This document shows positions 21,412 through 28,052 of a DNA stretch of 28,052 nucleotides, piece by piece; positions within the stretch are counted from its first letter, which is position 1; the number at the start of each line of letters is the position of its first letter. The notes under the pieces were generated by a model. The model had not been told where the DNA came from and searched no databases. It saw only the letters and a program-made list of their open reading frames with translations. The translations under genes and the position numbers were made by a program. Location of the stretch: the IMG/VR virus record IMGVR_UViG_3300042453_005804, positions 30,001 through 58,052 of that record. One strand, 5' to 3'. The stretch is from a virus.

Positions 21412-21929
21412 TCCATCACACCATAAAATAGGTTGGCTTTAAGTAAACTGGTCCATTCCTTTGGAAACTTTGAAACTTGAAAAGTCTTTTCATCACCTTC
21501 CTCATTTACCAGTGTGATTTCTTTTCCGCGGCGGATAACCTGCAAAACTCTATCTCCTTCTTCAACGACAGTTCCATCGTCATTAATGATGTCGAATCGA
21601 AGATCTACATCATCACCAAAAAAAGATAGATTGCCCGTCTCTTCGTCAGAAGTTTTGGCTCGACAAGGAGGCAAATCCATTAAACTCCATGCTGAAACCT
21701 CCTCATCATGAGACCGAAGTTCTACTTTTACTTTTTCATCTTGATCATCCTCTAAATCATTGTCTTCATCATCATGATGAATGAGTTCATCTTCGAGAAG
21801 ATGCATGATTTCTTCAACTCCATCTTGAGTTCTCATACTGACATCTGGGAGCATGAGATAGTGAAAAAGAACGTTATGTAGAAACAACTTTTGTGAAGGT
21901 GTAATTTTCATCATTGTTAAATTAATCAA
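21408..21929 (-). CDS. Hypothetical acidic protein
   Basis: The 173-aa ORF has an HHDDEDNDLEDDQDEK stretch and a 4-nt overlap with the next gene. Confidence 0.5.
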   Translation of the reverse strand: MINLTMMKITPSQKLFLHNVLFHYLMLPDVSMRTQDGVEEIMHLLEDELIHHDDEDNDLEDDQDEKVKVELRSHDEEVSAWSLMDLPPCRAKTSDEETGNLSFFGDDVDLRFDIINDDGTVVEEGDRVLQVIRRGKEITLVNEEGDEKTFQVSKFPKEWTSLLKANLFYGVMD

Positions 21930-21950
21930 TGTAAGATTCTTTGTTCAAAC

Positions 21951-22316
21951 TCAAGTACTTTTTGTGACGTTTACTCCGACGTCAGATAAAATCTGTAGCA
22001 TTTTGCTCGCTGCGGCCGAGTCCGAAGAAATGATGACTCGCTTCGTGGGGTTCTTCCCAATTTCAGCCAACGTAGCTATCGCCCTTGCGGCATGAATGCC
22101 ATCGTAAAGTCTCTTGAACCCGTTGCCGTCGAACCAAGAATCAGGTTCAGCTGCAGAGGAAAGGTCATCATCGAGGTACACGATGTCCCAATCTTGCCCG
22201 TCTATCTGCTGCAAAAATTGTAGGTAACGGTGCGCATGTAACACATCAGAATTTTCGTGGTGCGCTGCAATTGCAAGAAACTCACTCTCAGAATCGTTTA
22301 GAACCAATACTTTCAT
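21951..22316 (-). CDS. Hypothetical protein, possibly receiver-like (cREC-type) fold
   Basis: The pattern MKVLVLND...DIVYLDDDL...NGF...RVIISSDSAAASKM loosely matches phage receiver-like domains. The assignment is weak. Confidence 0.45.
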   Translation of the reverse strand: MKVLVLNDSESEFLAIAAHHENSDVLHAHRYLQFLQQIDGQDWDIVYLDDDLSSAAEPDSWFDGNGFKRLYDGIHAARAIATLAEIGKNPTKRVIISSDSAAASKMLQILSDVGVNVTKST

Positions 22317-22348
22317 TTTAGCTTCCGTTTACTCGCTCCCATTATACA

Positions 22349-22354
22349 TATAAT
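22349..22354 (+). promoter_or_regulatory. Candidate -10 box TATAAT, 8 nt before the ATG at 22363
   Basis: TATAAT-GAGAAATT-ATG lies in a divergent intergenic region. Confidence 0.25.
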
Positions 22355-22362
22355 GAGAAATT

Positions 22363-22767
22363 ATGTCACTTAATAATCCAAGTTCAGGCTTTTTTAGCAC
22401 ACCAGAATTTCAAACTTCAGGTTTGCCATGGACAGTTACAGCTGCCACTAGCGGAGTAATCGTCACCAAGTACTCTTTACCAAAAGTCACTAAAAGTATA
22501 ACTTTCGTGAATACTGACACGACGGCAACCAATAGAATCAGGATTGGATTTACTGAGAATGGAATTAACGGCACAAATTACGTATTAGTAAATGGTGGTC
22601 AAACTATCACCCTTGATGCAAGAGTGAAAGAAATATTCATTAGAGCAAACGCTTCAGGAGCATATACGTACAGCGTTTACTGCGCGTTAACCACGATCGA
22701 TGGAAGGTTCATGCCAATTCTAACCGGTTCTGTCGACGGATCCAATTATTGGGATGGTGTCGGCTGA
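22363..22767 (+). CDS. Hypothetical beta-rich protein (possible virion structural protein)
   Basis: The 134-aa product is T/S/V/G/N-rich with alternating beta-strand-like patterns and no charged low complexity. A structural role is a guess. Confidence 0.5.
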   Translation: MSLNNPSSGFFSTPEFQTSGLPWTVTAATSGVIVTKYSLPKVTKSITFVNTDTTATNRIRIGFTENGINGTNYVLVNGGQTITLDARVKEIFIRANASGAYTYSVYCALTTIDGRFMPILTGSVDGSNYWDGVG

Positions 22768-23324
22768 TCTTTACCCCACTGTCCTCGATAAAACGCCATG
22801 GCTACTGTGGCGGCTGATCCGACGTTCAACGATCTAACCGATCCCCATTGCGGGATGTAGATCACATCATGGGCCGCCACCATTGATTCAGGAGATACCC
22901 CAATTGATTCTTGCCCTAAAACAAGCAATGTATCTTCATACCATTTATAATCATAAATCGAAGAGGCTCCTGGAACATTATCTAGCACGACCACTCTATG
23001 ATTCGGGTTCTTGGAGATAACGCTCCCAATATTCTCTTCATAGTTTACGTGCTCATAATTATGCGTACCGCAAGCTCCGCGCCGATCCCAACGCCTTCGA
23101 CCAACGATGATCACTTCGTTGCACAAGAAAGCATTTGAAGATCTCACGACGGTTGAGATGTTGAAGTCATTTCCAAAATTCTCAGCCACGATTTTCAAAC
23201 GGCACCTGTTCTTGTCTTGGTCGGCTAGGATCGCATCGTGCTCCCAATATTTGTAATAATCGATGACGTTCCTATGATCGAACTGTCCCTGTGGCCACGA
23301 CGGATTTTTCAAGTCACTCATCAA
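22746..23324 (-). CDS. SpoU/TrmH-family RNA 2'-O-methyltransferase
   Basis: NFGNDFNISTVVRSSNAFLCNEVIIVG, LVLGQESIGVS and IPQWGSVRSLNVGSAATVAMAFY match SpoU motifs 1-3. Confidence 0.85.
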   Translation of the reverse strand: MMSDLKNPSWPQGQFDHRNVIDYYKYWEHDAILADQDKNRCRLKIVAENFGNDFNISTVVRSSNAFLCNEVIIVGRRRWDRRGACGTHNYEHVNYEENIGSVISKNPNHRVVVLDNVPGASSIYDYKWYEDTLLVLGQESIGVSPESMVAAHDVIYIPQWGSVRSLNVGSAATVAMAFYRGQWGKDQPTPSQ

Positions 23325-23334
23325 ATTTCCTTTT

Positions 23335-23577
23335 TTATGGCTGTTCGAACGAATTTAGATAAGATAAAGAAAAGAAACCTTTTGACCCATCTTCCTTTAT
23401 GATCTCTGCGAAAGCGTTGTCAGCACCTCCGCTTTTTTCCTCTACAATTTCAAGAATAATTCCTACAGCAAAATCGTCAATGAAGACAGAGGGGGATACT
23501 GACTCATGATAAGATCCAAACTTATCGTAGAGAACCAAATCACCTTTTTTGAATGTAATGCTTTGGGTCATAAACAA
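23335..23577 (-). CDS. Hypothetical small protein
   Basis: ORF in the same-strand train. It has a KKGDLVLY...GIILEIV pattern similar to 2670..2888. Confidence 0.45.
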   Translation of the reverse strand: MFMTQSITFKKGDLVLYDKFGSYHESVSPSVFIDDFAVGIILEIVEEKSGGADNAFAEIIKEDGSKGFFSLSYLNSFEQP

Positions 23578-23791
23578 TCTCTATATTTCTATGGCGAACC
23601 TCATCTCGCCAATCTTCGATGGACCCCCAAGGTGCCGTGACGCCTGCCACGTCTACACGCTGTATCTCATCCTCTAAAATATCCGTTATCATTAATGGCC
23701 GATCAGGTCTTGCAACGTGGATGAAAACCATCCCAGCTGCAGGAGGCGGAACTCGCAACTCAATCCACGTAGGTTTTCTAAACATTTCCAT
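23540..23791 (-). CDS. Hypothetical small protein
   Basis: ORF in the same-strand train. It overlaps the tilS 3' end by 14 nt. Confidence 0.45.
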   Translation of the reverse strand: MEMFRKPTWIELRVPPPAAGMVFIHVARPDRPLMITDILEDEIQRVDVAGVTAPWGSIEDWRDEVRHRNIEIVYDPKHYIQKR

Positions 23792-24404
23792 GGTTTACCG
23801 CCTCTTTCTTCTCATCTTTAATATACATCTTCTTTACAACCTTGTCAAGACCAGGATTAATCACCATCGCCTCAGGAACAATTTTGTGACGAATCAAGTT
23901 CCTCATATACTTCAAATCGTTATTGGATTTATCCTCCACCCACTTCAATCCTTTTTTCTCCGCCCAATCAATCAGCTCAGACTTTGGGGTGATGAGAAAA
24001 GGCCTGATGACGTTGTTCCTCTGGTAGGGCAACACCCTAGGATTTCCATGGAGAGAATTGAAGATCCATGTTTCCACCGCGTCTCCAAGGTGATGGGCGG
24101 TAATAACAGGAAATTCGTACATCGAAAGGAAACGATACCTTTCATTCCTCCAGTATTCCTCCATCGATTCCCCAGGAGGTTTTTCACCGCTGATCCGCCC
24201 GATTGAGAGCGTGAGGTTACGTTCCTTGGAAAATTCCTTGGCGAATACCTCGGCCTCATCGGACGTCGCAGTTCCATGGTGAAAAAACGCCAGGTGAACA
24301 TCACGTTTACCGTTCAGAAGGAAATCAGTTACAGCCACCGAATCAACTCCGCTGCTGAAGGCAACAACGCACTTCCGAGGTAGCTTTCCTAGGAACCTGA
24401 TCAT
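23778..24404 (-). CDS. tilS: tRNA(Ile)-lysidine synthetase TilS, N-terminal PP-loop ATPase domain only
   Basis: The PP-loop is AFSSGVDS. Other matches are HLAFFHHGT..SDEAEVF, WRNERYRFL, ITAHHLGDAVETWIFNSLHG and IRPFL...KSELIDWAEKKGLKWVEDKSNNDLKYMRNLIRHKIVP. At 208 aa it lacks the C-terminal tRNA-binding domains of long TilS. Confidence 0.85.
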   Translation of the reverse strand: MIRFLGKLPRKCVVAFSSGVDSVAVTDFLLNGKRDVHLAFFHHGTATSDEAEVFAKEFSKERNLTLSIGRISGEKPPGESMEEYWRNERYRFLSMYEFPVITAHHLGDAVETWIFNSLHGNPRVLPYQRNNVIRPFLITPKSELIDWAEKKGLKWVEDKSNNDLKYMRNLIRHKIVPEAMVINPGLDKVVKKMYIKDEKKEAVNHGNV

Positions 24405-24524
24405 GTCTCCTGATATTACAGCAATTATGATGAGGTTTTCACAGGACCAATTTGTCGGGAATTACATGGGACTTTCCGAGGAGAACAAACGTAAATTCAT
24501 TAATTCGTTAGTGGTGTTGATATT

Positions 24525-24556
24525 TATAATTTGTTGAACAGCATTTAAGCTGTTCA
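24525..24556 (+). promoter_or_regulatory. Candidate -10 (TATAAT 24525-24530) followed by an 8-bp inverted repeat upstream of the SD
   Basis: TGAACAGC-ATTTAA-GCTGTTCA (24535-24556) is followed by GTGGAGATTTT-ATG. Confidence 0.3.
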
Positions 24557-24567
24557 GTGGAGATTTT

Positions 24568-25404
24568 ATGGCAATAGTGACAAAAGGATCCGGTGGATCC
24601 ATCAAATTTAGCGGAACAGGCGGTGGTATAAGCATCACTTCATCAGGCGGTGGTGGCGGCGGCGGCGGAGGAGGATTTGATCCATCTTCTCTAGGTAATC
24701 TCAGCTCTTGGTTTAAGGCTGACGCATTGGGTCTATCAAATGGAGCTACCGTCACATCATGGACGGACAGTGCAGGTGGAAACACTCTGAATGGATATGG
24801 CGGTACTCCCACTTATAACGCATCTGATGCTCAATTCGGCAACATGCCTAGCGTTAGCTTCAATGGGTCTTCCTTTCTTTACAAAAGCTCTCCATCGGGT
24901 CTACCATCAGGCGCCACAGCGTACTCAATGTACGTAGTGGCTTATGCTGATAACACCAACTCTGATTCTACTTTTACCATCTTAGGTTGGGGACAGGCGG
25001 CGACGATGGCGCAGGCCTCGGTAAGTTCATTACAACCAGCATGGGGCGGTCCTGCTTACTTCATAAATTACAACACTGGTGATTATGCTGTTAAGAAAAA
25101 TGACGCGCACGGGCCCCCTGCGGTCGTAATATCCGTGTCTCTGTCAGCAGGTGCTCACCCTGCCACTACAGAGTTATATGTAAACGATCAAGTAGGGACT
25201 GTTCAGCCAGGCTATGCAGGTTATGGTTATACTCTGTCTATTAATCCAGTTATGCTAGTCATAGGATCTGCAGTCGGCGACCTTGGAATACGTAATTTCT
25301 GTGGTAAGTTTGCCGAAGGTTTAATATACAGCGAGCAACACGATAATACTAAGCGTCTTCAAGTTACGCAATACCTAGCAAACAAATACGGAATATCGAT
25401 CTGA
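24568..25404 (+). CDS. LamG-like lectin domain protein with a Gly-rich N-terminal module (type B)
   Basis: The N-terminus is MAIVTKGSGGSIKFSGTGGGISITSS followed by G10. It has WFKADAL...SWTDSAGGN...VSFNGSS and the C-terminus GKFAEGLIYSE...YLANKYGISI. Confidence 0.75.
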   Translation: MAIVTKGSGGSIKFSGTGGGISITSSGGGGGGGGGGFDPSSLGNLSSWFKADALGLSNGATVTSWTDSAGGNTLNGYGGTPTYNASDAQFGNMPSVSFNGSSFLYKSSPSGLPSGATAYSMYVVAYADNTNSDSTFTILGWGQAATMAQASVSSLQPAWGGPAYFINYNTGDYAVKKNDAHGPPAVVISVSLSAGAHPATTELYVNDQVGTVQPGYAGYGYTLSINPVMLVIGSAVGDLGIRNFCGKFAEGLIYSEQHDNTKRLQVTQYLANKYGISI

Positions 25405-25431
25405 AGAAACGTAATAAACCTTTAAGGTTTT

Positions 25432-25463
25432 CGGGTGCAATTTATTTTGCACCCGTTTTATTT
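25432..25463 (+). terminator. Intrinsic terminator
   Basis: CGGGTGCAA-TTTATT-TTGCACCCG is followed by TTTTATTT. Confidence 0.65.
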
Positions 25464-25519
25464 GAGCGGCATTAGTTAATAACTACAGACAGAGAAATGA
25501 ACTTTGTCGAGGAGATTTT

Positions 25520-26314
25520 ATGGCTATAAAGATAACAGGTTCAGGTGGTTCGTTCAGACTTAGAGGAACAGGGGGAGGTATGAAGGTTACTTCGTCGGGA
25601 GGGGGAGGTAGTGGCGGAGGTTCTCCCATCGTCTCGTCGGGTTTAATCCTCCATCTCGACGCAGGTAACCCAGCATCCTATCCTGGCAGCGGTACAACAT
25701 GGACCGACTTGAGCGGAAACGGAAAACATGCCACACTCTACAATTCGCCGACTTATTCAGCAACGAATGGCGGGATAGTATCGTTCAGCAAACCTTCCAC
25801 ACAGTATGCGGCCGGTCCTGCTCTCGGTGCTCAGACCGAATGGACCATCTGCATGTGGGTCAGAAGGGATGCAGACGATCCCTCAGGGTCTGAGCAGTTT
25901 TTCACCGACGAGACCTCACCAAGTGGGAATGGAAGCGTCAACTATTGCTTAGGACACCTGTACTCAACATCAGGAGTCTCAACAAACACATATGTCATTG
26001 GCAATAATTGGTTCGGCACCTCGGGTTCACCCTTCTCAGCGACCCTTGGCGCCTTCTACTTCCTTGTCGGTATGAAGGACTCAGCAGGATTCAAATTGTA
26101 CTCCAACAATTCCTTGGTGGCCTCTTCGGCGGCGGGGGCAATAGGAGGATTAAATGGTTTGGAAGGCTACAGAATTGCCTCCAAATGGACCGGTTACGCA
26201 TCCCCTGTGTACCTGTCATGTACCGTAGGTTCCGTAGCCTTCTACAATAGGGCGCTTAACACCAGCGAACTAACACAGAACTGGGATGCTACTAGAACAC
26301 GTTTCGGTCTGTGA
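25520..26314 (+). CDS. LamG (LamG_3-like) domain protein with a Gly-rich N-terminal module
   Basis: The N-terminus is MAIKITGSGGSFRLRGTGGGMKVTSSGGGGSGGGS. It has LILHLDAGNPASYPGSGTTWTDLSGNGKHATL...WTICMWV...VAFYNRALNTSEL. Confidence 0.8.
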   Translation: MAIKITGSGGSFRLRGTGGGMKVTSSGGGGSGGGSPIVSSGLILHLDAGNPASYPGSGTTWTDLSGNGKHATLYNSPTYSATNGGIVSFSKPSTQYAAGPALGAQTEWTICMWVRRDADDPSGSEQFFTDETSPSGNGSVNYCLGHLYSTSGVSTNTYVIGNNWFGTSGSPFSATLGAFYFLVGMKDSAGFKLYSNNSLVASSAAGAIGGLNGLEGYRIASKWTGYASPVYLSCTVGSVAFYNRALNTSELTQNWDATRTRFGL

Positions 26315-26424
26315 GCGTGAACCACCTACACAAAAAGTATGATTGCACAAGATGCCAACAAACATGGCGGTCACATGCCCAAATCACCTGGTTTCATTGA
26401 TTATGCTTAAGTAGTGCTTTTTCA

Positions 26425-26455
26425 GGCAGGATATTTCTATCCTGCCGTTTTTTAT
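26425..26455 (+). terminator. Intrinsic terminator between convergent genes
   Basis: GGCAGGATA-TTTC-TATCCTGCC is followed by GTTTTTTATT. Confidence 0.6.
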
Positions 26456-28052
26456 TGCATCACGGAGACCCACGATTGCAATCGAGTTTTGGCTCGTGGT
26501 GGAGGAAGTGTGATTCGTGTGGAATTAATTGTTGAATTATTTTCAGATGTTCCACCTTGACTTGTTTGCATAACGAGTTGGTAGTTCATACCCTTTGATG
26601 ATGAATAGCTGTTGTACTGACCTGCCAACCACTGATCATTGAAGTTGTCCTCAGTTTGAACGCATGATGGAACTGCATTGATTGCAAGACCGAAGACGAC
26701 CTCACCGTTCTGGAATGTGGTACAACGATCGTTACCTGGAAGAAGCGGATCCACATCCATGACAGCGAGAGGAGTTGAATTGTTACCATTCAAGAAATCA
26801 ACGGCGCACCAACCACTCTTACCTGAGGTGCAAACTGTCGCCGTTTGAGGCGAGAAGTAACTGAAGAATAGTTTGCCATCGAAGAGTGTAGGGGGTCCTG
26901 TCACCCTGCCCCCATCCGTAAACGCCATCGAAATGCCTTGTGTTGCATTGATGGTTGGTGCGAAAGATGTTCCACTTGCATTCAAGTCATCTACAAATGT
27001 TGCGAGGAAGTTGAGTGTGCCCGGTGAAACTGTGTTGAAAGATTCGCCGTCACCTGTTGTCAACGTAACAGTTGTGACACCGCGAGAATCTACGGAAACA
27101 ATGGGTGCCTGTTCGATTGGTTGGCCCATGGTTGCAGCAACCAACGAGGTTGTCGATAGGTTCAGAGGGTACCCAGAATTGATGCCATTAACTACGTATG
27201 ATAATTTCAAAGAATTATCTGGGACAGACGTGTGATTGTATGCATCCCATGCAATTTCAGCTGTCCACTTGAGCGGTTCAGGATCTGCCATGTTGATCCG
27301 CCAGACGACACCATCAGCATCACCAACATACGCGCGTGTGGACGTTTGAGCCACGCCTGATGGGAAAGGAACAGGTGTTCCTGTGAGCGGAGAATCGAAA
27401 CTGACTCGCGTGGGATTCACAATTACTGCAGGTGATAACCCGCAAGTCAGGGAATCGGCACCACCAGGCCCACCTGAACATGTGGATGTTGAGGTCTTGC
27501 CAGGATTATCACCCCACTCGCCTGCCATCCGAGCGATGATCCTACCTGTCTCCAACTCTACAACAGTCAAAGATCTGGATGGTACCTTTGCACCCCAATT
27601 TCTAATCAACGTTCGAGGATAGTATTGTCCGTTCCACGTGAAGAGTGGAGATCGTGATGTGTTGAAGATCCTACGTGACATCGTGGCGGTGGGTGTTCCA
27701 GGATCCCTTCCCCCGGGGAGAATGGCAACTCCAACCTGCTTGATGATCCCATCCTTTGGATCCTTGATCTTCAACATGGTAATTGCTGCCCCTGGCAGAA
27801 CCTTGCCAAACAAGGCATTACCACCGGATGAATTCACGAGCTGCCACAGGAAACGTGGTTCCATCGGGTTTGTCACATCCACTGCATAATAGAACCCAGA
27901 ATCTCCATAACCTGATGAACCAACGAGGACCGACCTGAATCCTGAAAGATCAGTTGTTCCTTCAGAAGTCTGTGTCATGTTCCTACTGAAAACAACGTTG
28001 CCAACAGTTAGAGGCCCATCAAGCAATCGAGCCTCGGTCTTGAAGTTGGGCC
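26452..28052 (-). CDS. PilY1/PilC-like beta-propeller domain protein, 5' end runs off the window
   Basis: The frame stays open past 28026 to the window edge. FRSVLVGSSGYGDSGFYYAVDVTNPMEPRFLWQL resembles the PilY1 propeller hallmark (GG.G.GYYALDVT.P...LWEF). Confidence 0.55.
   Translation of the reverse strand, partial: PNFKTEARLLDGPLTVGNVVFSRNMTQTSEGTTDLSGFRSVLVGSSGYGDSGFYYAVDVTNPMEPRFLWQLVNSSGGNALFGKVLPGAAITMLKIKDPKDGIIKQVGVAILPGGRDPGTPTATMSRRIFNTSRSPLFTWNGQYYPRTLIRNWGAKVPSRSLTVVELETGRIIARMAGEWGDNPGKTSTSTCSGGPGGADSLTCGLSPAVIVNPTRVSFDSPLTGTPVPFPSGVAQTSTRAYVGDADGVVWRINMADPEPLKWTAEIAWDAYNHTSVPDNSLKLSYVVNGINSGYPLNLSTTSLVAATMGQPIEQAPIVSVDSRGVTTVTLTTGDGESFNTVSPGTLNFLATFVDDLNASGTSFAPTINATQGISMAFTDGGRVTGPPTLFDGKLFFSYFSPQTATVCTSGKSGWCAVDFLNGNNSTPLAVMDVDPLLPGNDRCTTFQNGEVVFGLAINAVPSCVQTEDNFNDQWLAGQYNSYSSSKGMNYQLVMQTSQGGTSENNSTINSTRITLPPPRAKTRLQSWVSVMQ

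Noticed and set aside
21089-24304. ORFs 21089..21442 (+), 21514..21711 (+), 23619..24206 (+) and 23972..24304 (-)
   Set aside because: They are antisense to, or out of frame with, same-strand operon genes including the well-supported tilS.
24462-24812. Minus-strand ORF with a poly-Pro run (PPPPPPPPPP)
   Set aside because: It is the antisense shadow of the poly-Gly tract in LamG gene 24568..25404, which has an SD, a conserved N-terminal module and a LamG body.
25699-27889. Alternative-frame and antisense ORFs 25699..25893 (+), 26008..26250 (+), 26586..26789 (-), 26873..27235 (+), 27383..27622 (+) and 27638..27889 (+)
   Set aside because: They are shadow frames within LamG gene 25520..26314 or the PilY1-like ORF 26452..28052.
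1-28052. Origin from a eukaryote-infecting giant virus (NEIL-like MPEGPEL glycosylase, palindromic hairpins after genes)
   Set aside because: Shine-Dalgarno motifs, start-stop overlaps, lipoboxes, the tmRNA and bacterial IF-1 all point to a bacterial host system. The Nei N-terminus equally matches E. coli Nei.

Overview
This is an AT-rich, very gene-dense window with bacterial-type expression signals: Shine-Dalgarno motifs, ATGA/TTGA/GTGA start-stop overlaps, lipoboxes and intrinsic terminator hairpins. The gene content looks more like a large (jumbo-type) bacteriophage or similar mobile genome than a cellular chromosome; that reading is inference. It has many short orphan ORFs, a free-standing HNH endonuclease, an SLT lytic transglycosylase, a ClpP/S14-family protease, six LamG-domain paralogues and a PilY1-like beta-propeller. 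Mixed in are cellular-type genes: IF-1 (infA), an orphan GroEL, a Nei/Fpg glycosylase, a complete yeaH-spoVR-prkA module, a tmRNA gene, a SpoU methyltransferase and a TilS N-terminal-domain homologue. Main second-look items: (1) a tmRNA (tag ANDNGYAPAALAA) lying 4 nt after a CDS and 29 nt before a ClpP-family protease gene. (2) At least 11 small, mostly acidic proteins in the left 11 kb that share an L-R-x-(I/L/F)-I-(R/K)-E helix motif, usually at the N-terminus. (3) Two clusters of LamG paralogues with conserved N-terminal modules, a 54-nt identical 5' block and a terminator hairpin reused three times. (4) A translationally coupled PrkA/YeaH/SpoVR module. (5) A Nei gene that appears to start at ATT. 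No CRISPR array, tRNA, rRNA, integrase or transposase was seen.
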